Of a DNA stretch of 41,929 nt, positions 18,267 through 27,613 are shown in pieces. A program made the position numbers and the translations under genes. How positions within the stretch are numbered: the first letter of the stretch is position 1; each line of letters opens with the position of its first letter. The notes beneath the pieces are model-generated. The model worked only from the letters and a program-made list of their open reading frames with translations. It was not told the DNA's origin and ran no database searches. This DNA comes from Acholeplasma sp. (GTDB taxonomy: Bacteria > Bacillota_I > Bacilli_A > Acholeplasmatales > UBA5453): contig JAVBWN010000002.1 of assembly GCA_036677365.1 (NCBI GenBank), forward strand, positions 1-41,929. The letters run 5' to 3'.

Positions 18267-18866
18267 ATGAGCTTTGAAGAAAAACGCAAATTTGGTTTAT
18301 TCGAACAACTACCCATCATTGTAAGGGCAGCACGTTCGTTTTTATACCTCAGATTATTTAAAAAGAAAAATGGCATGACCTTTAAATTTAAGGAACGCAT
18401 CATGCTTTCAGTCACCGAAGTGAATGGGTGCCAAATGTGTTCATTTGTCCATACCAAACTCGCATTAAAAGCTGGATTGACTTTAGATGATATCCAAGAG
18501 TTATTATCGGGTGAACTGGTGGGTGTACCCAAAGAAGAGTCTTTAGGCGTATTATTCGCGAAAGACTACGCCTTCAATAAGGAACAAATCGATGCTCTTT
18601 TTTATCAAAAATTGGTCGATACTTATAATGTTAGAAAAGCCAGAGCCATCTTGGGTGTTGCAGAAATGATCACCATGACCAATGGCATGGGGCTTGCTTT
18701 AGGGTATTTGAAACGTACACTCACCTTTAAACATGTCAAAGGGTCAAATGTCTTGAATGAGTTATTCGTCCCTCTTGCAACGATGGTATTATTCCCTATT
18801 TTGTTGTTTTTATTTTTACCCTATATCCCGTTTTACAGTAGAAAATTTACAAACAAAACCAATTAA
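18267..18866 (+). CDS. Carboxymuconolactone decarboxylase/AhpD-family protein
   Basis: KERIMLSVTEVNGCQMCSFVH (E...CxxC...H); ATG 18267 after AAGGAG; C-terminal TM. Confidence 0.85.
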   Translation: MSFEEKRKFGLFEQLPIIVRAARSFLYLRLFKKKNGMTFKFKERIMLSVTEVNGCQMCSFVHTKLALKAGLTLDDIQELLSGELVGVPKEESLGVLFAKDYAFNKEQIDALFYQKLVDTYNVRKARAILGVAEMITMTNGMGLALGYLKRTLTFKHVKGSNVLNELFVPLATMVLFPILLFLFLPYIPFYSRKFTNKTN

Positions 18867-18935
18867 TTTTGAAAAAGCGGACAAAATCCGTTTTTTTTTC
18901 GTTTTATTAGGTAGAAAAGCATACGGGGGTATCTT

Positions 18936-19175
18936 ATGAGACTAATTAAAGTAGACCAAGACAATATTTTTATCGATGGGGATTTCATCGAAATTGAAGA
19001 TGTGACTGCAGAGTTATTAGAAGACATCGTGGACCACGCCATGCACGACAAGTTGGTGTTTGATATCCATCCAAACAATCGGCACCCACTCGCCACATTT
19101 TTAAGAATTGTCGAAAAAGACGCACAACCAGACTCACCATTTAGAAAAAATTATCTTCAAGCGAATCAAAAATAG
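18936..19175 (+). CDS. Hypothetical protein (79 aa)
   Basis: RBS GGGGGT, host-like codon usage, followed by terminator. Confidence 0.7.
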   Translation: MRLIKVDQDNIFIDGDFIEIEDVTAELLEDIVDHAMHDKLVFDIHPNNRHPLATFLRIVEKDAQPDSPFRKNYLQANQK

Positions 19176-19200
19176 TCCTACCTAATCACACCTATCCGAT

Positions 19201-19232
19201 AGGCTAAAGGCCTCCCTCCCTTTAGCCTTTTC
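19201..19232 (+). terminator. Intrinsic terminator
   Basis: AGGCTAAAGG-cctccctc-CCTTTAGCCT plus TTT. Confidence 0.7.
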
Positions 19233-19275
19233 ATTTATAAAAAAATGTGATAAACTAAAGATGAGGTATAACAAA

Positions 19276-19878
19276 ATGAGACTATTATTTCAAGGCGACT
19301 CCATCACAGATTGTAACAGAAATCGTGAGAACCCAATGGATTTGGGTTTTGGATATGTTCGTAAAATTCAACAAGCTTTACCACAACATGAGGTATTCAA
19401 CCGCGGCATTTCTGGCAACCGCACCATCGATTTATTGATGCGTTGGCAGAAGGATACGTTGGATTTGAAACCAGATTTCTTATCGATTTTCATTGGCATC
19501 AATGAGGTGTGGCATTACCATTATGATCAAAAAGTACTGACACCCATGATGTATGAAGACTATTATAAAAATCTAATCAAACAAGTGAAGTACTTACTTC
19601 CCAACACTAAAATTTTACTCATTGAACCCTTTGTGTTCCCCATCGGTGTTTACCAAAGAAGCTGGGACGTCGAATTGTTTGAAGAACAAGCCGTTGTGAG
19701 AAAACTATCCCACATGTACAACACGTTATATTTACCACTCCAAGATATCCTCAATTCCAAATTGAAGGATTACACCATGGCACAAATCGCTGACGATGGC
19801 GTTCATCCAACCGATTTAGGCCATGAAATGATTAAGGATGCCATACTAGAAGTCATTAAACCACACATTGGAGGATAA
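19276..19878 (+). CDS. SGNH/GDSL hydrolase
   Basis: FQGDSITD, NRGISGN, IGINE, DGVHP blocks; ATG 19276 after GAGGT. Confidence 0.92.
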   Translation: MRLLFQGDSITDCNRNRENPMDLGFGYVRKIQQALPQHEVFNRGISGNRTIDLLMRWQKDTLDLKPDFLSIFIGINEVWHYHYDQKVLTPMMYEDYYKNLIKQVKYLLPNTKILLIEPFVFPIGVYQRSWDVELFEEQAVVRKLSHMYNTLYLPLQDILNSKLKDYTMAQIADDGVHPTDLGHEMIKDAILEVIKPHIGG

Positions 19879-19879
19879 G

Positions 19880-20080
19880 ATGAAAAAAGAACTGAGGGTA
19901 TTGTTTTTTGGCATTGTCGGGTCTATCTTAGTTTCAGGCGGAACCATCGCCATCGCGATTGGGGCACAAGCGAATCAATTGAGCTATTACCCTATTTTGG
20001 TATTTTTGGGTGGATTGATGCTCATTTATGCGATTTTCGCGTCATTATTAGATGAACCGGCACCTCGTAAAAGTCAGTAA
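19880..20080 (+). CDS. Small 2-TM membrane protein
   Basis: RBS GGAGG, two hydrophobic helices, followed by hairpin AAAAGTCAG/CTGACTTTT. Confidence 0.72.
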   Translation: MKKELRVLFFGIVGSILVSGGTIAIAIGAQANQLSYYPILVFLGGLMLIYAIFASLLDEPAPRKSQ

Positions 20081-20188
20081 ATAAAACTGACTTTTTTTCT
20101 TTTATAATATTACAAAAATAACGTGGTATTTCAACGTTATTGGTGTTATAATACCTGTAGACACAACGTTACTATAAGGAGAATTAAG

Positions 20189-21586
20189 ATGGCTATATTG
20201 AATCAGATTCCAACCCGTACAATCCCGTTATCCAAAGCAAAGTACACTAAAAATGAACGTTTCCAAGTCGGATCACCTGTCCATATGGTGGGCTATTTCA
20301 CATTCAAAGAAGTGGATGCGAATAACATCATTACCGTTAAACGTATGAGTTTTGGGTTTAGAAATGAATCCACACAAAACATCATCGCGATTCGTGGTGT
20401 GTTCACCCAACAAGACGCCTTTGGTGATGAACTGGGTGAACTCAAATACAGCTTGGTCGAAATGGAAAATTATGCCCCAGGTTCGATTCAAGGTGAACGT
20501 TTATTTATGGATGTCAACTTGTCGACCACTTCAATATTATTTAGAATAGAACAGGTCATCTTCGCCGATGGGTCTAAATGGCAAGCAGGTCAGTTTGATT
20601 ATATTCCAATCGATATAGAAAGAAAACCGATTGAAGAAGCTTTCCAAAATACCATGAAGTATGCTTGGTTTTTAGTTACCCCCAATTTTCCTATCAATAA
20701 CCACTACACAGAAAATGCGCATTTCTATGCTTGCCCATGTGGAAACATCAACACGATTGACAAAACAGCCTGCAGCTTATGTAAAACACCGAAAGAACAA
20801 GCCAAGCCGTTCGCTTCTTCTGATGTGGCTGAAAAAGCCATTCAGAATACAGTCAAACGTGTCTTTGATGATTTCAATGCCTTATTCCCGGATGCTATAG
20901 TCAAAGACTCTGCTTCAAGTTATCGATTTAATGAGAACGCCGTATTATTTGATTCGGCCCCTTTGAAAAAATTAAGAGATTTCGCCACCCAATGGAAAGG
21001 TGTGAATCCGATTGTCAAAGATGAAATTAAGAAGAATACCACCTTCATCCCATTCATTGAAGGCTTAAAAAATCACTTATTAAAAACAGAAAATGATCAA
21101 AAAATGAAAGCAGAAGCAGAGAAAAAAGCAAAGGCACGTAAACAACGCATCAAGTTATTATCCATTAGCCTAGTCTCTATCCTCTTACTCGCACTCATTG
21201 GTTTTGGTGTTTATTATGGGATTTTCGGTAAATTGGCTTTTGAAAACAGAAATACCTATAATGCGAGCGTGAAATTTATTAAACTGGATTCACTGCATAC
21301 CCAAATTGACATTCAAATCGATGGTATTGATTTCAAAGATTCTAAGTTTGAGTTTTACGGCATCGTCTTCGATAGTTGGTGCACCACCCAGTTTTGTTAC
21401 GATGAAATCATTTTATCACCTAGTGATTGGGACGTCGTGATTACCAACAACCAATTTAATGCTACAACCGTTGTCAATTTACCAATCAATGGGATGCAAG
21501 CCAATATCAAACACTTAGAATTCAATAGCGAATATTTTACGAAACATATTTATGTCCCATCCAGCAACATCACACGATTTAACTAA
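20189..21586 (+). CDS. Hypothetical membrane protein with zinc-ribbon motif
   Basis: ATG 20189 after AAGGAG; V.FADGSKW, CPCG.IN....CSLC, basic coiled segment then single TM. Confidence 0.72.
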   Translation: MAILNQIPTRTIPLSKAKYTKNERFQVGSPVHMVGYFTFKEVDANNIITVKRMSFGFRNESTQNIIAIRGVFTQQDAFGDELGELKYSLVEMENYAPGSIQGERLFMDVNLSTTSILFRIEQVIFADGSKWQAGQFDYIPIDIERKPIEEAFQNTMKYAWFLVTPNFPINNHYTENAHFYACPCGNINTIDKTACSLCKTPKEQAKPFASSDVAEKAIQNTVKRVFDDFNALFPDAIVKDSASSYRFNENAVLFDSAPLKKLRDFATQWKGVNPIVKDEIKKNTTFIPFIEGLKNHLLKTENDQKMKAEAEKKAKARKQRIKLLSISLVSILLLALIGFGVYYGIFGKLAFENRNTYNASVKFIKLDSLHTQIDIQIDGIDFKDSKFEFYGIVFDSWCTTQFCYDEIILSPSDWDVVITNNQFNATTVVNLPINGMQANIKHLEFNSEYFTKHIYVPSSNITRFN

Positions 21587-21587
21587 A

Positions 21588-21619
21588 AAAAATGCTTAGG
21601 CCACTGGCTTAAGCATTTT
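21588..21619. terminator. Bidirectional terminator
   Basis: AAAATGCTTAGGCC-act-GGCTTAAGCATTTT between convergent genes. Confidence 0.8.
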
Positions 21620-21636
21620 CATTTTTAGGATTAAAT

Positions 21637-22785
21637 TTAGCTACGGACGTTATCGATCATCGTGTTGATCTTATCGATATCGGATGGGTTTAAAGCAGTG
21701 AGCGGTGCCACGCTTAATACCGCATTCTTGTTGTAATAAGTTTGGTTTGCTAAAGCCCAGTTACGGTACCAATCATCGGTAGAAGTTAAGTTTTCCATGA
21801 TGATGTCATAGGATTCGTTGAATGCAACCGCATAACCAACAACTTCAGCATTCAAAGCCACCACTTCAGGGTCTAACATGAAGTTGATGAATTCGTGTGC
21901 TCTATCGACATTCTTAGAAGTGTTTGGAATGACCAACATATCGGCGAATACGAAAGTATCTTCAGGTACATAAATATTGAATAACGCTTGAACTTGTTGC
22001 AAGGTCTTGCCTTCTTCAAGTTGAATGTATAAACGGTCTAGATAGTCCCCTGTGTAAACGAGTGCCATATCTAGGTTACCAGCTTCCACATTACGTTTTA
22101 AGGAGTCATCGCCCCATTCCACGAAGTTTGCACCAGCGATGGCTGTTTGTGCTTGAGACAATAAAGATGTAGAGAATGCATTGACATTTTGATCTAAGTA
22201 TAACATTGCTGCAGCGTAAGCGAATTGAGGCACGTCATACATACCACGTCTCACACCCGCAGGTGCTTTGGATGGGTCAAAGTAAGCGCCCCAACCATGG
22301 GTTTCTAAAGCAGTTTCTAAACCGGCGATGCGGTTGTTGTAGATGATACCAAAGGTACCCCAGAAATAAGGGACAGCGTAATCGGTATAATCAACGGTTT
22401 CACTGGTTCTAGTTTGAGTGGTAGCAGTCATCGATGCGAAGATTTGATTGACACCATTCATATAAGTGACATTGGCACGGTTTGGTAATTTGTCGTAATC
22501 TAAGGCGATTAACATATTTTCATCGACCATCTTTTCGATCATATAATCGGAAGGGATGACGATATCATAAGCGGTGGTGCCGCTTTTAATTTTGCTGTAG
22601 AAGGATTCATTAGAGTCTGCCACGTCGACGATGACATGGTAGCCGTATTCTTCTTCAAAACGATCCACAACGGCTTCGTTGATGTATTCACCCCAGTTGA
22701 GGATACGAAGTACAGGACGGGAATCGCAAGCTGCTAAAACAACTGCTGCAGTAAGCATTAAAGCAAATGCTAAGAATTTTTTCAT
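21637..22785 (-). CDS. potD: Spermidine/putrescine ABC transporter substrate-binding lipoprotein
   Basis: Lipobox LAAC; NWGEYI, SNE, YDIVIPSDYMI, PYFWGT.GI, FINFMLDPE. Confidence 0.92.
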   Translation of the reverse strand: MKKFLAFALMLTAAVVLAACDSRPVLRILNWGEYINEAVVDRFEEEYGYHVIVDVADSNESFYSKIKSGTTAYDIVIPSDYMIEKMVDENMLIALDYDKLPNRANVTYMNGVNQIFASMTATTQTRTSETVDYTDYAVPYFWGTFGIIYNNRIAGLETALETHGWGAYFDPSKAPAGVRRGMYDVPQFAYAAAMLYLDQNVNAFSTSLLSQAQTAIAGANFVEWGDDSLKRNVEAGNLDMALVYTGDYLDRLYIQLEEGKTLQQVQALFNIYVPEDTFVFADMLVIPNTSKNVDRAHEFINFMLDPEVVALNAEVVGYAVAFNESYDIIMENLTSTDDWYRNWALANQTYYNKNAVLSVAPLTALNPSDIDKINTMIDNVRS

Positions 22786-23675
22786 TTGTTTGTTTTTCCT
22801 TTCTTGTTGATGAATTGTGAACCTATGAGTCCTACCATAATGACCAATGTCAATAAGGTAGAGAATGCATATACGGATGGGGTCAAATTACGTCTACCCA
22901 ACACCCCATAAATCCAAATGGATAAGTTGTCAAACCCAGCGCCAGTATTGAAGAAGCTGATGACAAAGTCGTCAATGCTCATCGTTAACGCCAGCAACAT
23001 CCCACTGAAGATGCCCGCCTTAATGGCTGGAACCACAACATAGATGAGTGCTTTCATCGGTTTTAAGCCTAAGTCCGCTGCCGCATCCACCAAGTTCGCA
23101 TCCAATTCCTTCAATTTAGGAACCACAGAGAGTACCACATATGGGAAGGTGAAGAACAAGTGAGCAAGGACTAAGGTTGGTAAACCGAAAATGCTGATTG
23201 AAGCACCCGGGTTAAATAAACGGATAATCAAGTTGATCAATTCCATGACGAATCTAAACATGATCATCAAGGAGAACCCAGTCACGATGTCTGGATTCAA
23301 AATTGGCATGTTATTTAAAAACATCAAACCACTGCGTTTGTTTTTAGGCAAGTGGAAGATACCAATCGCGAAGAATGTCCCTAAAATGGTGGCGAGTGTG
23401 GTTGCGATGAAGGATACGGTGAGCGTATTTTTGATTGCACTCAACAATTCACGTTCATTGAATATGTTTAAATACCATTTAAGGGTGAAACTAGAGAAGC
23501 GGGTGGTGATGACAGAGCTATTGACAGATTGAATCGCGATGATGATGATGGGTAAATATAACATCAACATCATAACGACAAAGAACACAATCCCCGCCCA
23601 TTTTAACAAAGGCTTTAAATAAGCCCTATGTTTGAAGCCATAATCTTCAATTTGTGCTTTTGGAAAGTTTGTCAT
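22782..23675 (-). CDS. potC: Spermidine/putrescine ABC permease
   Basis: LYLPI, FTLKWY, NPDIVTG, LVDAAADLG, SIDDFVIS. Confidence 0.92.
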   Translation of the reverse strand: MTNFPKAQIEDYGFKHRAYLKPLLKWAGIVFFVVMMLMLYLPIIIIAIQSVNSSVITTRFSSFTLKWYLNIFNERELLSAIKNTLTVSFIATTLATILGTFFAIGIFHLPKNKRSGLMFLNNMPILNPDIVTGFSLMIMFRFVMELINLIIRLFNPGASISIFGLPTLVLAHLFFTFPYVVLSVVPKLKELDANLVDAAADLGLKPMKALIYVVVPAIKAGIFSGMLLALTMSIDDFVISFFNTGAGFDNLSIWIYGVLGRRNLTPSVYAFSTLLTLVIMVGLIGSQFINKKGKTNK

Positions 23676-24499
23676 AGTAAGGTTTCTCCTTCCTTGTCAA
23701 ATCTTCTTAAGAGCACAATGGCACCGAAGATGAGGAATAAGATGGTCGATGCGAGCAACGCACCATCGTTGAATATGGTGTAATTGAATTTCGTTTCGAT
23801 GATGTTCCCGATGAATACGATTCTACCTTTCGATAAAATCTTTGGAATCGCGAACCCAGAGAAGGTTGGCAAGAACACCATGATCGATCCAGTAACGACC
23901 CCTTTTAATGACAGTGGGAAAACCACATGTAAGAAGGTTTGGAATGGGGTTTTACCCAAATCTGCAGACGCTTCAATCAAGGAGTTGTCGATTTTTTCTA
24001 ATGCGGTATAAATCGGTAAAATCATGAATGGCACATAAGTGAATACCATCCCAATGATGACCGCGAGTGGGGTCCCATTGATGTTTGAAAACGGACTGAA
24101 TCCAATGAGTGATGTGAGGATGTTGTTTTCTGACATGATGTTGGCTAACGCATCGATTCTTAAAATGAGGTTACTCCACATTGGTAGGATGACGAGCGTC
24201 ATGATACCAAATTTATTATTGAAATTTGAACGGTAGACCAAGTAAGCGGTCAAGTACCCAATCACAAACGCCACCAAGGTGGTGATGGATGCGAAAGTAA
24301 AGCTATTTCTAAACCCAACAAGGATGGACTTTTCGCCAAACATGTCAAAGTTTTCTAAGGTAAAACTCAAGCTATTAAAACTGATAGAAGAGGTTAGATT
24401 TGTAAATCCTAAAGCGACCAACGCAATCATCGGTATGAATACCAGGACGTACAACCATATGCGATATGGATTGGCTAACTTTGCGTAGGTACTATTCAT
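23672..24499 (-). CDS. potB: Spermidine/putrescine ABC permease
   Basis: LPMWSN, PFMILPIY, LIEASADLG, GSIMVFLP, IGNII. Confidence 0.92.
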   Translation of the reverse strand: MNSTYAKLANPYRIWLYVLVFIPMIALVALGFTNLTSSISFNSLSFTLENFDMFGEKSILVGFRNSFTFASITTLVAFVIGYLTAYLVYRSNFNNKFGIMTLVILPMWSNLILRIDALANIMSENNILTSLIGFSPFSNINGTPLAVIIGMVFTYVPFMILPIYTALEKIDNSLIEASADLGKTPFQTFLHVVFPLSLKGVVTGSIMVFLPTFSGFAIPKILSKGRIVFIGNIIETKFNYTIFNDGALLASTILFLIFGAIVLLRRFDKEGETLL

Positions 24500-25631
24500 T
24501 TTCCTTACCCATTAAATGGATTTCATAAGGGTCAACTTTGAGTCCAATCTTTGATCCGACTTCAAAGTATTCATAGTCATTGACTAAAATGTCATGGTCT
24601 TCAGCTCTGACAACGAGTTCATTGTGTACGCCTTTAAATAAGCTGAAAGTGACTTGTCCTTCAATCGATGCTTTTTCAGCAGGGACGACATCCCAGTCTT
24701 CTGGACGGATGACGACATCCACTTTCGTACCAACTTTAAAGCCTTCATATCCAATGAATTTGAATTTGGTGTTTAAGAAAGTAACTTCTTGTTTCGCAGT
24801 AATTTCGCCATCAAAGATGTTCGTTTCACCAATGAAGTGAGCAACATATTGGTTGACAGGTTCGTTATAAATCGATTTAGGTGTACCGAGTTGTTCGATG
24901 TTCCCGTTACGCATAACCACGATACGGTCAGACATCGTCATCGCCTCTTCTTGGTCATGGGTGACAAAGATGAAGGTGATGCCTAGGTTTCGTTGCATCT
25001 CTTTAAGTTCATACTGCATGTTTTGACGTAACTTTAGGTCCAAAGCGGCCAGGGGTTCGTCAAGCAGAAGAATTTTTGGACGATTAATTAATGCACGTGC
25101 GAGTGCAACACGTTGTTGTTGACCACCCGATAGTTGGTCAATCTTGCGGGTATCATACCCAGATAATTTGACCAAAGCCAACATTTCTTTCGCATCTTTC
25201 AGGATGAAGTCATCGATGGTTTTCTTAAGCAGACGCTTATTTTGTAAAAGGGATCCATCTGGACTGACTTTTTCGATACGACGCTTGTAAAACTCAGTTA
25301 AGAATGAGAGGGGTCTATGGTGTAGACCAAACGCGACGTTGTTGATCACGTTTAAATGCGGGAATAACGCATAGCGTTGAAACACGGTGTTGATTGGTCT
25401 GGCAAACGCAGGGATTTCGCTGAAGTCTTTACCTTCAATCGCGATGACGCCACTGTCTGGGGTGACAAACCCACCGAGCATTCTGAGTGTTGTGGTCTTT
25501 CCACAACCAGATGGACCTAACAATGTCACAAACTCGTTTTCATAAATGGTCAAATTAATCCCATTTACGACGTTCTCATTGTCATAGGTTTTTACAAGAT
25601 TAACTAATTGAATTAATGGTTTCTTTTCCAA
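24492..25631 (-). CDS. potA: Spermidine/putrescine ABC ATPase
   Basis: GPSGCGKTT, TVFQRYALFPH, LSGGQQQR, LLLDEP, VTHDQEEA; TTG start after AGGAG. Confidence 0.93.
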   Translation of the reverse strand: MEKKPLIQLVNLVKTYDNENVVNGINLTIYENEFVTLLGPSGCGKTTTLRMLGGFVTPDSGVIAIEGKDFSEIPAFARPINTVFQRYALFPHLNVINNVAFGLHHRPLSFLTEFYKRRIEKVSPDGSLLQNKRLLKKTIDDFILKDAKEMLALVKLSGYDTRKIDQLSGGQQQRVALARALINRPKILLLDEPLAALDLKLRQNMQYELKEMQRNLGITFIFVTHDQEEAMTMSDRIVVMRNGNIEQLGTPKSIYNEPVNQYVAHFIGETNIFDGEITAKQEVTFLNTKFKFIGYEGFKVGTKVDVVIRPEDWDVVPAEKASIEGQVTFSLFKGVHNELVVRAEDHDILVNDYEYFEVGSKIGLKVDPYEIHLMGKENE

Positions 25632-26082
25632 CTTCGGGCTCCTAGGTATAATAATATTTTTTTACTGATAGTTATTATATACTTATTTTCTAGGATTTCA
25701 AGCATTTTAGACGAAAAAAAAAGACATTTTTTTTGATAGTGCTTTCATTGATGAAAAACAACGCTTAAAATCGCGTCATAACGCTATCAATTCAATTTTT
25801 GTCTTTTTTGGGTTTTTGACACAAAAATGACCCTATTTAGACACAAATTTCGGATCATGGAAAATAGCCCATCTCAACATCTTTTTATCTCAGATTTTGA
25901 CTTCATTTTTTAGATTAAATATGAAACGATAATTAACCAATGAACAATCTTTCGAAGAAAGCCTTAAATCGGCATTTAAACCAAAATATTATCACTTCAT
26001 AATTTGTTATTTACAAATAGATAATTTAATATAAATGTATACAATTTAGAAAATCTATGTTACAATCATTTTAAGGGAGATT

Positions 26083-26547
26083 ATGAATATGAAAATGACA
26101 CAGGTGAGCCCACGCTCAAACAAGGTTTATGAGTTCAATTATGATGTTTGGTTAGGCAAAATGAGCATCAAAGTGAATAATCAATCATCGACCAAGGTTA
26201 AACGTTTGATTTACAATTACACAGAAGACTTAGAAACAAGAACCATCACAGTCAAAGGCAACATGCTCAGCGGTTTCAAACTCATCGATGGCGATGAAGA
26301 AATCGTCATGCTCAGAAAATTATCTGGTTTAGAATGGGTATTGGTATTATTCCCACTCGTTATTGGTGTCCTTGGTGGTGCCATCGGTGGTGGTTTAGGG
26401 GCGTTGGCTGGTATTGGAAATGCATATGTTGTGAGACAAACCAAAAATCCATTCATCAAAATTTTTGTGAGTTTATTGTTCGCTGGCTTAGCGTTTGTTG
26501 TGTATAGTTTGGTCGCGAGTGCGCTTTTAGAAGCAATTAATGGTTAA
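26083..26547 (+). CDS. Hypothetical membrane protein
   Basis: Soluble beta-rich N-terminus, glycine-zipper TM GGAIGGGLGALAG; RBS AAGGGAG. Confidence 0.75.
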   Translation: MNMKMTQVSPRSNKVYEFNYDVWLGKMSIKVNNQSSTKVKRLIYNYTEDLETRTITVKGNMLSGFKLIDGDEEIVMLRKLSGLEWVLVLFPLVIGVLGGAIGGGLGALAGIGNAYVVRQTKNPFIKIFVSLLFAGLAFVVYSLVASALLEAING

Positions 26548-26737
26548 TTTTTAGAAGACCTCTTGAAGGTCTTTTATTTTTTGGATGCTAATATTATTTC
26601 TAAAATTTAGAAATTAATGTTATAATCTCTTATGGAAAACTGGCGGTTAGACCGTTTTAATTAGATTTATTTTAATTAGTCATCTTTTCTCGCAAAAAAA
26701 CGCCAATTTTTACGTCTTAATAAAGGGGGAAACAAAT

Positions 26738-27256
26738 GTGCACATTTCCGGTAAACTCTTACGGGATATGAAACATGGCAGTGAAGAAGCATTCACCACC
26801 ATCTATGAGCAATACCATAAACTCATCTATTACATCGTTTACCAATACGTTAAAGACGTAGAAGTAGCGAAGGATTTGACCCAAGACGCTTTCATTAAAA
26901 TGTACCAAGAAGTGAGAAGTAACGATGAACCCATCCGTTTCCATCCATGGTTTATCACGTTGACGAAAAACATCGTTTTTGATTATTTTCGGAAAAACAA
27001 ACCAAACCTGGTGGATAAAAACAGTGAGAAAACTTTAGCAGAATTCCCCGATCCTAGCTATCAAGCCTCCCCCGGCGCCATATCTTTTCAAGTGTTAACC
27101 CCTTCGGAAAAACAGGTCATCGACTACAAAATCATATTCAAACTGACATTTCAAGAGATTGCGGACACCATGGGTTTAACCCTAAGCGTCACAACGAAGA
27201 TGTATTATGAAGCGCTCGCCAAACTCAGACTCGAACTGGAGGTCAAGTCGAAATGA
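26738..27256 (+). CDS. ECF-type RNA polymerase sigma-70 factor
   Basis: AFTTIYEQY, AKDLTQDAFIKMY, F.PW...TKN..FDYFRK, LTFQEIA; GTG start after AGGGGG. Confidence 0.9.
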   Translation: MHISGKLLRDMKHGSEEAFTTIYEQYHKLIYYIVYQYVKDVEVAKDLTQDAFIKMYQEVRSNDEPIRFHPWFITLTKNIVFDYFRKNKPNLVDKNSEKTLAEFPDPSYQASPGAISFQVLTPSEKQVIDYKIIFKLTFQEIADTMGLTLSVTTKMYYEALAKLRLELEVKSK

Positions 27257-27591
27257 ATCCAAAAAATGTCATCAAGGCTTACAAAAACCAGTTCAATGAT
27301 CAATTCAACGTCCCTGATATGTTGATTGATATCAAAGCTGAACTCACATTTACCCCCCGTATCATTTTCAAGAAAAGGGTCAAAATTCGACTCATCGTTG
27401 AATTGATGGCTTCATTCATTTTGGTTTTCATGAGTACCTTATATTTAAATGAAGATTTTGGTATGGATCCATCATCATTCTTTGAAGAAAATAAGCCATA
27501 TATCTTATTAGGTATCGCTGGATTAGTATTCCTATTATTCATAATCGATATTTCTCACAAACTCATCAAAGTATATAAAAATAGAGCTTAA
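27253..27591 (+). CDS. Putative anti-sigma-like membrane protein
   Basis: ATGA overlap with ECF gene, two TM segments; function inferred from position. Confidence 0.55.
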   Translation: MNPKNVIKAYKNQFNDQFNVPDMLIDIKAELTFTPRIIFKKRVKIRLIVELMASFILVFMSTLYLNEDFGMDPSSFFEENKPYILLGIAGLVFLLFIIDISHKLIKVYKNRA

Positions 27592-27613
27592 GAAGTCATC
27601 CTTCTTAGGCTCT
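27583..27613. terminator. Bidirectional terminator
   Basis: AGAGCTTAAGAAG-tcatc-CTTCTTAGGCTCT between convergent genes. Confidence 0.65.

Noticed and set aside
25200-25330. ~30-aa insertion in the PotA ATPase domain
   Set aside because: Insertions in mollicute PotA proteins are familiar; the frame is intact and there are no intein motifs
25632-26082. 450-bp intergenic region with GACACAAA direct repeats 22 bp apart (25818, 25840)
   Set aside because: Only two short copies in AT-rich DNA between divergent promoters; no convincing ncRNA, origin or CRISPR structure
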